Below are positions 17,423 to 26,680 of a stretch of 32,145 bases of DNA, piece by piece (the first letter of the stretch is position 1; every line of letters starts with the position of its first letter). The stretch spans positions 1 to 32,145 of the forward strand of contig CAYJRR010000047.1 in assembly GCA_964372275.1 (NCBI GenBank), written 5' to 3'. The notes below the pieces were generated by a model. The model saw only the letters and a program-made list of their open reading frames with translations, had not been told where the DNA came from and ran no database searches. The DNA is from an uncultured bacterium. Lineage in GTDB: Bacteria; CAYJRR01. The position numbers and the translations under genes are program-made.

Positions 17423-18034
17423 CTATTCCGGGGCGATCTCGTCCGCCGCCTTCAGGATCTGCGAGGCGCAATCGGCGGGGAAGATCTGCACGCACTCGCT
17501 GAGCGGGAACCCTTCGAGCGAAAGGACGACCGGCAGGATGATGATCCGCGTATTCGTCGGGATCGCCTTCTCGATCTCCTTGGTCCAGGCCACCTTCAGG
17601 TGATCGGTGCTTTGCGAGACGCGGAGGTGTTTCCCGATCTGGTCGAAGGCGCGGTTCGCCGAGCCGCAGATCTGGTTGGCGATCTCCCGGAACTCGTCCA
17701 GCTCGCGCTCGTTCGGCGGGAACTTCCGCCGCTCCTCGAGCACCTCCTTGGGGAGCAGCACCACGCTTCCGATCATCGTCATCGCGTCGGCGTTCTTGAA
17801 GACGAAGCGGGTGGTGTAACGCAGCGGCCTTCCGGTCGGCACGCCGGCCTCGATCACCGTCGTGGCGGCGACCCCCGGCCCGCGGAAGGTCTTGATCACC
17901 GCGGCCTGCCCGTCGGCGAACGGCTTGGGCGCCATCTTCACCTTGATCTGCAGCAGCGCCTCGAGGTCGTTGGAGATCGCCTGGAAGGCGTCGCAGAACA
18001 GGAGCCAGAGCTGGGACTGGGCGTCGTCGCTCAT
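17423..18034 (-). CDS. CheC/CheX-like phosphatase-family protein
   Basis: ATG 18034 is 5 nt after the cheY stop. Contains an ExxN motif in ELDEFREIANQICGS. Last gene of the che operon. Confidence 0.65.
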   Translation of the reverse strand: MSDDAQSQLWLLFCDAFQAISNDLEALLQIKVKMAPKPFADGQAAVIKTFRGPGVAATTVIEAGVPTGRPLRYTTRFVFKNADAMTMIGSVVLLPKEVLEERRKFPPNERELDEFREIANQICGSANRAFDQIGKHLRVSQSTDHLKVAWTKEIEKAIPTNTRIIILPVVLSLEGFPLSECVQIFPADCASQILKAADEIAPE

Positions 18035-18039
18035 CGGTC

Positions 18040-18405
18040 CTAGGCCACGCCTTTCATGATCGGGCCGATCGTGCTCTTGAGCGTCTCCGGCGTGAACGGC
18101 TTGGTGAGGTATCCGGTCGCGCCGGCCTCCTGCGCCGTCGACATCTTGGCCTCGGTCGCCTCGGTGGTGATCATCACCAGCGGCGTCTTCAGCGACTTGC
18201 GCACTTCGCGGATGAAAGCCAGGCCGTCCATGTTCGGCATGTTCCAGTCGCAAAGGATCAGGTCGACGCGTTCCGCCGCAAGCTTCGCCAGCGCGTCGGC
18301 GCCGTCCTTGGCCTCGACGGCCGTCGCGTCGAATCCCGCCTGCCTCAACCCCCTCCGTAGCAAGCCGCGCATCAGCGCGGAGTCGTCGACGATCAGTACC
18401 TTCAT
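18040..18405 (-). CDS. cheY: CheY-like single-domain response regulator
   Basis: LIVDDS, CDWNMPNMDG, MITTE and YLTKPF; 121 aa. Confidence 0.9.
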   Translation of the reverse strand: MKVLIVDDSALMRGLLRRGLRQAGFDATAVEAKDGADALAKLAAERVDLILCDWNMPNMDGLAFIREVRKSLKTPLVMITTEATEAKMSTAQEAGATGYLTKPFTPETLKSTIGPIMKGVA

Positions 18406-18408
18406 GCG

Positions 18409-18885
18409 CTAGCCCTTCCGATGGTCCTTCCAACCGACGTGGATCGAAAACGGCTCCCCTTCGGCATCGAACACGCGCACCGCCGCTCCGGCGGGGGTCT
18501 TGCCCGCGGGGCTGGCCTCGACGACCGGGAGCGAGAGTCGCAACGAGAACCCCTCCTGCGCCAACGCGGCCTTGGCGCTTCCGGCGATCATGTTCGCGCA
18601 CTCCCCGACGCCGTCCCGCAGGTCGGAGGCCAACACCTCGCGCGGCTCGATCCCGGTGACCCGCGAGACGAAGGTGCGGGCCAGCCCCTCGCGCACCAGG
18701 ACCGCGACGTAGCCGTCCGCATCGCCGGTCATCCCGACGGTTGCCATCAGGTCGCCGGCGGGGGCCGGCGTCGTCGCGTCGACCGGCCGGACCTCGGTGT
18801 CGGCCATGGTGCGGAAGACCTCGACGGTCGCCTCGACGAAGGGGTCGAGTCGGGCGGCGCTCGCGTCGTCGCGTCGGAGAGTCAC
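18409..18885 (-). CDS. cheX: Chemotaxis phosphatase CheX
   Basis: DPFVEATVEVFRTMA, VGMTGD..G, DGVGECANMIAG (ExxN) and LSLP. Probable GTG start at 18885. Confidence 0.88.
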   Translation of the reverse strand: MTLRRDDASAARLDPFVEATVEVFRTMADTEVRPVDATTPAPAGDLMATVGMTGDADGYVAVLVREGLARTFVSRVTGIEPREVLASDLRDGVGECANMIAGSAKAALAQEGFSLRLSLPVVEASPAGKTPAGAAVRVFDAEGEPFSIHVGWKDHRKG

Positions 18886-18889
18886 GTCG

Positions 18890-19270
18890 TCACGCCCCCT
18901 GACCCAGGCCCAGGCACTCCAGGATCCGGGTGGAGAGGTCGGCCTGGGCGAACGGCTTGGTGAGGTAGCTCTTCGCACCGGCGGCGATGGCGCGAACGAC
19001 GTTGGAGCGCTCGGATTCGGTGGTGACCATCATGACCGGGATGTGCCGGAAGCGCTCGTCCGACCGGAGACGGCACAGGACATCATAGCCGCTCAAGTTC
19101 GGCATGTTCCAGTCGAGCAGCACCAGCGCCAGGTCGCCGGCATTCTTCTCGATCAGCCGCAACGCCTCCCGCCCGTCCCGCGCTTCGATCGGCTCGTAGC
19201 CCAGAAGCTCGATCGCCTGCACGACGATGCGCCGGATCATTCGCGAATCGTCGGCGTGGAGGATCTTCAA
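18890..19270 (-). CDS. cheY: CheY-like single-domain response regulator
   Basis: Probable TTG start at 19270 (KILHADDS), LLDWNMPNLSG, MVTTE and YLTKPF. Confidence 0.88.
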   Translation of the reverse strand: MKILHADDSRMIRRIVVQAIELLGYEPIEARDGREALRLIEKNAGDLALVLLDWNMPNLSGYDVLCRLRSDERFRHIPVMMVTTESERSNVVRAIAAGAKSYLTKPFAQADLSTRILECLGLGQGA

Positions 19271-19277
19271 GCGGTTC

Positions 19278-20105
19278 TCACCCTTCGCGGCTCCGCCGAT
19301 AGTATACCGCTCCGTCCCGCTCCAGCCGGTTCCAGCGGCTGCCCGCGAGGAGCGTCGGATAGACTTCGGTCCCGCCAAGAAAGAGGAACCCCCCGTCGTC
19401 GACATTGCGCCACAGCCGATCGAACAGCTCCGCCCGGCAACGGTCGGAGAAGTAGATCGCCACGTTCCGGCAGAAGACGACGTCGAAGCGGCCGAGCCGC
19501 GACGGATCGTGGAGCAGGTTGAAACGCTGGAAGCGGACGAGCGCGCGCACCTCGGGCCGGACGACCGCCGCCGGACCCTCTTCGTCGAAGTAGCGGCGGC
19601 GCATCTCCGGATCCATCCCCCGGCTCATCGACAGCCGGTCGTAGCGGCCGCCTTGCGCCAGGTGAAGGGCCGGTGCGGAGATGTCGGTCGCGACGATCTC
19701 CACCGCCGGCGGCTTCGGGGTATCGAGGACCGCCATCGCGATCGAATACGGTTCCTGGCCGGTGGAGCAGGCCGCCGACCAGATGCGCACCGCCGGACGG
19801 CCCGCGAGCTCCGGGAGCACCGCGTTTCGAAGCGCCTCGAACGGCGCGCGGTCCCGGAACCACAGCGTTTCGTGCGTCGCCATCGCCTCGATCACGCGAT
19901 CGCGCAGATCGGAGCGCCGGGGATCGGTCAGGCGCAGGTAGAGCTCGCCGAACGTTTCGCATCCTTCGGCGGCCATCACCGGAGCCAGCCGGCTCTCGAC
20001 CAGGTAGGTCTTCACCGAGGCGAGGTTCAGGCCGCACTCGCGCTCGAGGAAACCGCGCAGGAGCGCGAACTCGTCCTGGGTGATCGTCCCCGGTGTCCGG
20101 CTCAC
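19278..20105 (-). CDS. cheR: Chemotaxis methyltransferase CheR
   Basis: KTYLVESRL, THETLWFRD, IWSAACSTGQEPYS, ATDIS and FDVVFCRNVAIYF. GTG start overlaps the cheB stop (GTGA). Confidence 0.93.
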   Translation of the reverse strand: MSRTPGTITQDEFALLRGFLERECGLNLASVKTYLVESRLAPVMAAEGCETFGELYLRLTDPRRSDLRDRVIEAMATHETLWFRDRAPFEALRNAVLPELAGRPAVRIWSAACSTGQEPYSIAMAVLDTPKPPAVEIVATDISAPALHLAQGGRYDRLSMSRGMDPEMRRRYFDEEGPAAVVRPEVRALVRFQRFNLLHDPSRLGRFDVVFCRNVAIYFSDRCRAELFDRLWRNVDDGGFLFLGGTEVYPTLLAGSRWNRLERDGAVYYRRSREG

Positions 20106-20695
20106 GGTCTCCGCCGCCCGACCCAATCGCCGACGCGCGTGGCGAGCGCCGCCAGCTCGACCGATTCGTCCGAAAGCCCCTCTTCGTCGATCGACCGCGC
20201 CATTCCGTAGACGGAGCTGGAGCGCGGGCTCTGGGTGAGGCAGACGCCCCCGGCCTCCTTCACCGCTCGGACGCCGCGGAGTCCGTCGGAGCCCATCCCG
20301 GTCATGATCACGACCAGGACGCCGGAGCCGTAGACCGGCACCGCCGACCGGAGCAGGACGTCGACCGATGGGCGGCAGCCGTTCTCGGGGGGATCGTCGG
20401 AGAGCAGCGCGCGCGGCTCCGGGCCGCCCACCACCTTCAGGTGCCGGCCCCCGGGGGCGACGTGGACCCGGCCGGCGGCAAGCGTCTCGCCGTCGACCGC
20501 TTCGCGCACGTCGAGCGCCGAGGTGGCGTCGATGCGCGTGGCCAGGTCGGCGGTGAAGGTGGCGGGCATGTGCTGGACGACGAGAACCGGGACCGGGAGG
20601 TCGGCGGGGAGGGCCGGGATCACCGTGGCGAGCGCGTCGGGACCGCCGGCGGAGGCGCCGAAGACGACGAGGCGGATGGGGCGGACGACGGGCAT
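20102..20695 (-). CDS. cheB: CheB methylesterase, catalytic domain only
   Basis: GASAGG, QHMP, RPSVD and MTGMGSDG give the Ser-His-Asp triad. 197 aa with no receiver domain. Confidence 0.9.
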   Translation of the reverse strand: MPVVRPIRLVVFGASAGGPDALATVIPALPADLPVPVLVVQHMPATFTADLATRIDATSALDVREAVDGETLAAGRVHVAPGGRHLKVVGGPEPRALLSDDPPENGCRPSVDVLLRSAVPVYGSGVLVVIMTGMGSDGLRGVRAVKEAGGVCLTQSPRSSSVYGMARSIDEEGLSDESVELAALATRVGDWVGRRRP

Positions 20696-20714
20696 GCGGA
20701 GGGAACGACTACGT

Positions 20715-22769
20715 CTAGACGATGAAGCGGGAGACCTTCGCGCGCAGACCCGACGACAGGGCCGCCAAGTCCTCCGATGCGCCGAGGCCGCTGCGGGAGC
20801 TTTCGTGGGTGGTGTGGACCGCCTGTTTCACGGCGGTCAGGCTGGTGGAGATCTCGGTGACGGCGGTGGATGCGGCGCGGCAGGCCGCGTCGAGGGAGAC
20901 CATCAGCTCGCGGATGGCGCGGGCGTTCTCGGTGACGTCCCGGGCTCCGGTCGCGGCCGACTTGATCCGGCCGGAGATCCGGTTCGCGCTGTCGGCGGCG
21001 AGCACGATGCTGCGCGCGATCTCGTTGGTGGTGGCGGTCTGCTCCTCGACCGCGGCGGCGACCGTCCCCGCCATGTGGTTGAAGGTGTCGATCACCTTGG
21101 CGATCCCTTCGATCGCCCCCACCATCCGGTCGGTGCTCGACTGCATCTCGTCGATCAGGGTGGTGATGTCCTCGGTCGCCGACCCGGTCTGCTTGGCCAG
21201 CTCCTTCACCTCGTTGGCGACGACGGCAAACCCCTTTCCGGCCTCGCCGGCGCCGGCCGCCTCGATGGCGGCGTTCAGCGCGAGGAGCTTGGTCTGGTCG
21301 GCGATGTCGCGGATCACCTCGATCACCTTGCCGATCTTCCTCGCCGACTGGCTCAAGGACTCCATCGCGGCGCGCGTCGTCTTGGCCTGACTGCCGGCGT
21401 CGACGGCGATGCGCGCCTCCTCGGAGGCGGTGCGCGCCACCTCGGCGAGCGACGAGTTCATCTCTTCGATCGCCACGGCGACGGTGCTCACCGTCTTCGA
21501 CATCTCCTCCGCCCCCTTGGAGACCTCCTCGATGTTGGACAGCGTCGATCCCATCATCGCGGCCGCTTTGTCCATGTCGGTGCTGGCGCTGTTCGCTCCG
21601 GAGGCCGCGGTGCGGATGTTCAGCAGGCAGCTGTCGACCCCCTTGGCCATCACCTCGGCGCTGCTGTTCAGGCTGTTGGCGTTGCCGGTGAGGGAGCGAG
21701 CCGCCGACGCCAGCTCCTCCGACGAGCGCGCCACGCGGTCGGACGACTCCCGGCTCTCTTTCAGCGCGTCCTGCACCCGGTCGAGAAGCTGGTTCATCGA
21801 GCGCGCCACCTCGCCGATCTCGTCGTCGGACGCGCGGTCGTCCTCGCTCCACGGGATGCGGCGGGTGAGATCGAGGTCGGACGCGGTCTTGAGGATCGAG
21901 CTGCTCGCCCGGGCTAGACGGCGGGTGATCGATCGGGAGAGGAGCCAGGCGGAGGTGAAGCCGAGGAGGAGCGCCAGGGCGGCGGCTCCGATGACGATCC
22001 CGCGGGCGCGCGACTCGAGCTTGGTGGCCGCCTCGGTCGCCCGGTTGGTCACCGACGTGACGGCACGGAAGACACCGTCGATGCGGCGGTCGAGGTCGAC
22101 CTGCTGGTCGGCGAACGCCTTCGCCAGGGTCGTGGCCGACGAGGAGTTTCCGCTCCGTACCGCGGCCAGGATCCGGCGCGCCGTTTCCGCCTGCGATGCC
22201 TGGGACTGCTGCGCGCTCTGCAGTTCGTTCAGGGCGTTGGTCAGGCTCTGCCGCTGCTCGTCGGAGGTCTCCTTCTGCGCGAGCTTCGCCGTCACCAGGT
22301 CGCGGCTCTGCTGCACGTTCTCCTCGACGAGCTTGGCGAATCGTTCCAGCCGCGTCTCCTCCTCCGACAGGTCGGAACCGGATCGCCGCAGGGAGCGCTC
22401 CACGATCAGCGCCTGCTCGAGGCGGTTCTTGGAGATCTCGGTCAGCTTGTCGCGCAGCGGGAGGTCCTCCGCCACGATCCGTCCGTAGGTCGAGCCGAGC
22501 TCCCCAAGCTTCCAGTAGGCCATGCCCGCCGTCGTCGCCAAGAGCGCCAGCAGCGCAATGAAGACGGCCGGCAGCTTCAGCGCGATCGGTCGGCCGGTGA
22601 ACAGGCGGCTGCGGAGGAAGGAGGTGCAGGCGACCCACGCGGCCAGCGCGCCCCCGAGGCTGATCCACTGGTATCCACGGCTCAACGCGCGGCGGATCTC
22701 GTCGTCCTCGGCGGACGCCGCCGCCGGGATCAGCAACAAGGTTGCGAGCAGCCCCAGTCTTCGTCGCAT
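20715..22769 (-). CDS. Methyl-accepting chemotaxis protein (TM, four-helix sensor, HAMP, long signalling domain)
   Basis: ATG overlaps the cheW stop. [17 protein letters not shown], tip [37 protein letters not shown], and methylation-type AIEEM and [12 protein letters not shown]. Confidence 0.93.
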   Translation of the reverse strand: MRRRLGLLATLLLIPAAASAEDDEIRRALSRGYQWISLGGALAAWVACTSFLRSRLFTGRPIALKLPAVFIALLALLATTAGMAYWKLGELGSTYGRIVAEDLPLRDKLTEISKNRLEQALIVERSLRRSGSDLSEEETRLERFAKLVEENVQQSRDLVTAKLAQKETSDEQRQSLTNALNELQSAQQSQASQAETARRILAAVRSGNSSSATTLAKAFADQQVDLDRRIDGVFRAVTSVTNRATEAATKLESRARGIVIGAAALALLLGFTSAWLLSRSITRRLARASSSILKTASDLDLTRRIPWSEDDRASDDEIGEVARSMNQLLDRVQDALKESRESSDRVARSSEELASAARSLTGNANSLNSSAEVMAKGVDSCLLNIRTAASGANSASTDMDKAAAMMGSTLSNIEEVSKGAEEMSKTVSTVAVAIEEMNSSLAEVARTASEEARIAVDAGSQAKTTRAAMESLSQSARKIGKVIEVIRDIADQTKLLALNAAIEAAGAGEAGKGFAVVANEVKELAKQTGSATEDITTLIDEMQSSTDRMVGAIEGIAKVIDTFNHMAGTVAAAVEEQTATTNEIARSIVLAADSANRISGRIKSAATGARDVTENARAIRELMVSLDAACRAASTAVTEISTSLTAVKQAVHTTHESSRSGLGASEDLAALSSGLRAKVSRFIV

Positions 22770-23317
22770 CACGAGTCTTCCTTGCGGGCCGCTCCGCCGG
22801 CGCGGAGGACCTCCTTGAGGTTGAGCATCACCAACAGACGATTCGGGAACCGTACCACGCCCGAGATCGCCTTTCCTTCGGGACCGAGGTGGCGCGGGAC
22901 GGCCTCGACGTCCGGTTCGGCCACCTCGACGACGTCGCCGATCTCGTCGACGCGCAGCCCCACGAGCTCGGACGACTCGCCGGGGGCGTCGGCGTCGCCG
23001 GCGGCGGGGCCGTCGTCCGTCGCCGGGTCGGGCTTCAGGATCACGCAGGCCGCGGAATCGCCGGCGGCGAGGCTGGGACCGCCGCCGACGCCGACACAGC
23101 TGCCGAGGTCGAGGATCGTCACCAGTTGTCCGCGCAGGTTGCACAGCCCGAGCACCGCCGCCGCCGCGCGCGGGACGGGCGCGATGTGGTCGAACCGTCC
23201 GATCTCTCGCACGCGACGGATGTCGACCCCGAACCAGTAGTCCGGTTCGCCCGCCGCCTCCGCGGTAGAGGTCGGGTTACGCCGGTCGCGGGTGAGGAAG
23301 GTCGCGAATCGCGCCAT
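22769..23317 (-). CDS. cheW: Chemotaxis adaptor CheW
   Basis: [43 protein letters not shown] and ISGV. Confidence 0.93.
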   Translation of the reverse strand: MARFATFLTRDRRNPTSTAEAAGEPDYWFGVDIRRVREIGRFDHIAPVPRAAAAVLGLCNLRGQLVTILDLGSCVGVGGGPSLAAGDSAACVILKPDPATDDGPAAGDADAPGESSELVGLRVDEIGDVVEVAEPDVEAVPRHLGPEGKAISGVVRFPNRLLVMLNLKEVLRAGGAARKEDS

Positions 23318-25985
23318 GTTCCAGGAGCCTCTCGGGATCGACGAACAGGGTCAGCCGGCCGCGCATCGGGGCCGATCCTCGCACGCCGGGCTGTTGCACC
23401 GACGCCGGGGCGAGATCGCCGGAGAAGTCGTCGGTGTCGAGCACGCGCGAGGCGAGGAATCCGGTCGGCGGTCTTCCCTCCGGCTGTCCCTTGGGCAACA
23501 GGAGCACCGCCGGTCCGGAGCGGGCGTCGATCGGCGTGAGCGGCAGGTGGTCGGAGAGCCGCGCCACGCGCACCGTCCCGCCGCTCCACTGCACGAACGG
23601 TTCCCCGCCCACGACCTCGATCTTCGCCAGGTCGATCTTCTGGATCCTCGCCAGCGAGGCGAGCGGGAAGGCGAGCTGTTCCTCCGCCGTGTGCGCGAAC
23701 AGAAGGACCGTCTCGCGCGGCTTGATCGCCGCAAGCGCTTCGGCGCGCGCCTGCCGCCGACGCTGCTCCTCGCCGCGCACCGTCGACGAGCGCAGCCCCG
23801 CGAGGACCGCGACTCCGGGGGCGTCGAGGATCATCGCCACCGCGCCGTCGCCCAGGATCGTCGCCCCGGCGTAGCAACGCGCCTCCTTGGCGTAGCCGGA
23901 GAGCGGCTTCACCACGATCTCCTGGTGGTCGTAGAGCTCGTCGACGATCAGCCCGAAGCGGTCGTCGCCGGCCTGCAGGGTGAGGACGTTCTGCGCGCGG
24001 ACGTTCCTCCGCCGGTCGTTCTTCACCCGCTCCGGCTCGATGCGCCGGTCGGCGATGTTCTTCCGGCGATCGACGCGGACCTCGCCGGTCGCCGGGTCGA
24101 CGTAGGGCCGCGCGAGCGAGAGGACGTCGGCCAGGCGGGTCAGCGGCAGCAGGTGATCGCGCAGGCGGAGCACCGGCGCCCCCTGGATCTTCTCGAACTT
24201 GTGGATCACCTCGGTGGCGCGCACGCGGATGATCTCGCGCAGACAGATCTGCGGCACGGCGAAGCGCTGTTCGCGGCTGCCAAGCTTCCCGTCCTTTCCG
24301 ACGAACGCGTCGCGGACGCCGACCACCAGCGCCGGAATGATCGCCAGCGTCAGCGGCAGCCGGAGCCGCACCGCCATCCCTTTTCCGAGCTCCGAGCGCA
24401 GCGTCACCGTCCCGCCGAGCCGCTCGACGTTGGTCGCCACCACGTCCATCCCCACTCCCCGGCCCGAGATCTGCGACACTTTCTCCGCCGTCGAGAAGCC
24501 CGGGGTGAAGATCAGCCGCAGGGTGTCGGTCTCGTCGAGCTTGGCGGCGTCGGCGGCGGTGAGCAGCCCCCGCTCGATCGCCTTCTTTCGCACCTTCTCC
24601 GGATCGATGCCGCGCCCGTCGTCCGAGACCTCGACGTGGACCTGCCCCCCCTCGTGGAAGGCGCGCACCGAGATCCGCCCGCGCTCCGGTTTTCCCGCCG
24701 CGCGGCGGACATCGGGGGTCTCGATCCCGTGGTCGGCGCTGTTGCGGAGGAGGTGGGTGATCGGATCGGAGAGCTGCTCCAGGATCGAGCGGTCGAGCTC
24801 CACCTCGTTGCCGGCGATCTCCAGCTCGATCTCCTTTCCGAGCTGGCGCGAGACGTCGCGGACCAGGCGCGGGAGCTTGGCGAACAGCTGCTCCATCGAC
24901 TGGATCCGCAGCCGGGTGATGCGGTCCTGCATCTCGGTGGTGACCAGGTCGAGCTTCTGCAGCACCCCTTGCAGCCCCGGCACCCCGCCGCGCCCGCCGA
25001 GGAGCGTCAGCGCCTGGTTGCGGCTCAACACCAGCTCCCCCGCCAGCTCCAGCAGGCGACCCAGCGGGCCGGTTCCGATGCGGACGAACTCGACCGGTCC
25101 CTTCGATCGGGCCTCGGCCGCGGGAAGCGGGCTCTGCGCGGGGGCGGGAGCGGCGCCGGGCGTGAGCGACTGCGCCTTGATCCGCGCCGGCGGCAGCGCC
25201 AGCGCGTCCCCGAGCAGGTCGGTCTCCAGCACCGTGAGGCAGGTGAGCTGGGTGCCGCCCGGCTCGTCGCGCCGCGAGAGCAGCTCGCCGATGCGTCCGA
25301 TCGTCGCCGCGAACTCGTCGGCGCTGCGGGTCGAGAGGTCGTCGCGCGTGAGCGAGACCGCGTAGAGGCGGAGGCCGTGGGCCTTCGCCCGTTTGACGAG
25401 GTCCGGCGGCAACGGCGCGCCGAAGGGGAGGGCCGGCGAGGGGAGTACGGGAGCGGGGCGTTGGGGGGATCCGAACCGACTCGGATCGGTAGCGGTTTCG
25501 GATCCGATCCGATCGGATCCGATCGGACCGGATACCGCTACCGACTCGGATCCGTCCGGACTCGCCGCGACTGCGGGTCGCGGTTTCCCGCCGTCCGCGG
25601 TCGCCCCCTCGGCCAACGCCGTCGCCCGCTGGATGTCGGCCTCGACGTCGATCGAGTCGCTGTTGGCGAGATCCTCGATCAGCGTGCTCAGGCGGTCGGC
25701 GCCGGCGAGGAGCAGGTCGATCAGCTCGGAGGTGATCGGAAGGGTCTTCTCCCGCACCCGTCCGAGCAGGTCCTCGAGCACGTGGCTCAGGCGCTTGACG
25801 TTCGAGAACTCGAAGAAGCTCGACGAGCCCTTGATGCTGTGAAGGGCGCGGAAGATCCGGTTCACCAGCTCCGGATCGGCCCCCTCCTTCTGCTTCTCCA
25901 ACGCCACCAGGTCGGGGACGAGGGTGAGCAGGTGCTCGCGCGATTCACTGATGAACTCCGCGAGCAGGTCGTCGTCGAAACCCAT
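23277..25985 (-). CDS. cheA: Chemotaxis histidine kinase CheA with two C-terminal CheW-like (P5) domains
   Basis: HPt IFRALHSIKG, dimerisation LAGELVLSRNQ, HATPase LRNSADHGIE, DDGRGID, GFSTAE and GRGVGMDVV. First P5 ends EIVVKPL...GATILGDGAVAMILD and is followed by a second CheW-like segment. Confidence 0.95.
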   Translation of the reverse strand: MGFDDDLLAEFISESREHLLTLVPDLVALEKQKEGADPELVNRIFRALHSIKGSSSFFEFSNVKRLSHVLEDLLGRVREKTLPITSELIDLLLAGADRLSTLIEDLANSDSIDVEADIQRATALAEGATADGGKPRPAVAASPDGSESVAVSGPIGSDRIGSETATDPSRFGSPQRPAPVLPSPALPFGAPLPPDLVKRAKAHGLRLYAVSLTRDDLSTRSADEFAATIGRIGELLSRRDEPGGTQLTCLTVLETDLLGDALALPPARIKAQSLTPGAAPAPAQSPLPAAEARSKGPVEFVRIGTGPLGRLLELAGELVLSRNQALTLLGGRGGVPGLQGVLQKLDLVTTEMQDRITRLRIQSMEQLFAKLPRLVRDVSRQLGKEIELEIAGNEVELDRSILEQLSDPITHLLRNSADHGIETPDVRRAAGKPERGRISVRAFHEGGQVHVEVSDDGRGIDPEKVRKKAIERGLLTAADAAKLDETDTLRLIFTPGFSTAEKVSQISGRGVGMDVVATNVERLGGTVTLRSELGKGMAVRLRLPLTLAIIPALVVGVRDAFVGKDGKLGSREQRFAVPQICLREIIRVRATEVIHKFEKIQGAPVLRLRDHLLPLTRLADVLSLARPYVDPATGEVRVDRRKNIADRRIEPERVKNDRRRNVRAQNVLTLQAGDDRFGLIVDELYDHQEIVVKPLSGYAKEARCYAGATILGDGAVAMILDAPGVAVLAGLRSSTVRGEEQRRRQARAEALAAIKPRETVLLFAHTAEEQLAFPLASLARIQKIDLAKIEVVGGEPFVQWSGGTVRVARLSDHLPLTPIDARSGPAVLLLPKGQPEGRPPTGFLASRVLDTDDFSGDLAPASVQQPGVRGSAPMRGRLTLFVDPERLLEHGAIRDLPHPRPA
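25467..25553. repeat. GATC-rich palindromic/tandem repeat inside the cheA linker
   Basis: 11-bp inverted repeat tcggtagcggt (25486-25496) / accgctaccga (25534-25544) surrounds five tandem GATC[C/G] units (25501-25525). 13-bp direct repeat accgactcggatc at 25475 and 25540. Confidence 0.75.
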
Positions 25986-26006
25986 CGGCCCCGGCAGTAT
26001 ACGATG

Positions 26007-26450
26007 CTAGCCGACGGGGACCTCGCCGAGGTCGTAGTAGGCGGTGATCACCCCCAGGCTCGAGAACGACTCGGTCACGACGATCACCCGGCCGCGAAAC
26101 ACGTAGGCGTTGCCGGCGACCATGCCGATGCCCGTCTCCTGGATCTCTTCGGGCGTGAGTGGGAACGCGCGGAGCGCCGACGGATCGAACCCGGCCGGCC
26201 GCTTCACCTCGAGCGGTCCGCGCTCCGAGCCGAAGACCTGCCGAACCAACGCCCGGATTCCTTGCTCCCGAGCGTTCGCGTCCTGGAGCGCGATCGCGTT
26301 CGACAACGCCCGGATCGAAACGGAGCCCGGTTGGAACGCAGGGTCGTCGACGTCCCGCCGATCGCAGTCGGCGAGCGCGGTGCCGGAGGCGAAGAAGGAG
26401 CAGGCGGCGGCGAGCAGGAGCGGTCGGACGTTGGGTCGACGGATGCGCAT
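26007..26450 (-). CDS. Small secreted hypothetical protein
   Basis: GGAGAG RBS and Sec signal MRIRRPNVRPLLLAAACSFFASGTALA|D. Ends 21 nt before cheA. Confidence 0.75.
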   Translation of the reverse strand: MRIRRPNVRPLLLAAACSFFASGTALADCDRRDVDDPAFQPGSVSIRALSNAIALQDANAREQGIRALVRQVFGSERGPLEVKRPAGFDPSALRAFPLTPEEIQETGIGMVAGNAYVFRGRVIVVTESFSSLGVITAYYDLGEVPVG

Positions 26451-26503
26451 GTTTCTCTCCCGAATCGGTTGGGCGCCGGATGTGTCCGCGCGCCGCGCCG
26501 GAA

Positions 26504-26518
26504 GCACCCGCCGTGCCA
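26504..26518 (-). promoter_or_regulatory. Sigma54 (-24/-12) promoter
   Basis: Minus strand TGGCACG-GCGG-GTGC(T) with exact GG-N10-GC spacing, about 54 nt upstream of ATG 26450. Confidence 0.75.
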
Positions 26519-26680
26519 CCGGTGTCGCACGGTCGCTCGTCAACGCGCTACTACGCGATTCGCCGGCGGTTGCGCCGAGGATCGGTGGGCCTGAGTCAAC
26601 GGGCGGAGACGGGACCCGATCGATTCCGGATTACACGGGTGGAAGGGCCGTGAGTCTATCCTTCGCCTTCATCGCGTCCG

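Noticed and set aside
25467-25553. CRISPR array or IS end
   Set aside because: No repeat-spacer periodicity, no cas or transposase genes, and it lies in frame within cheA.
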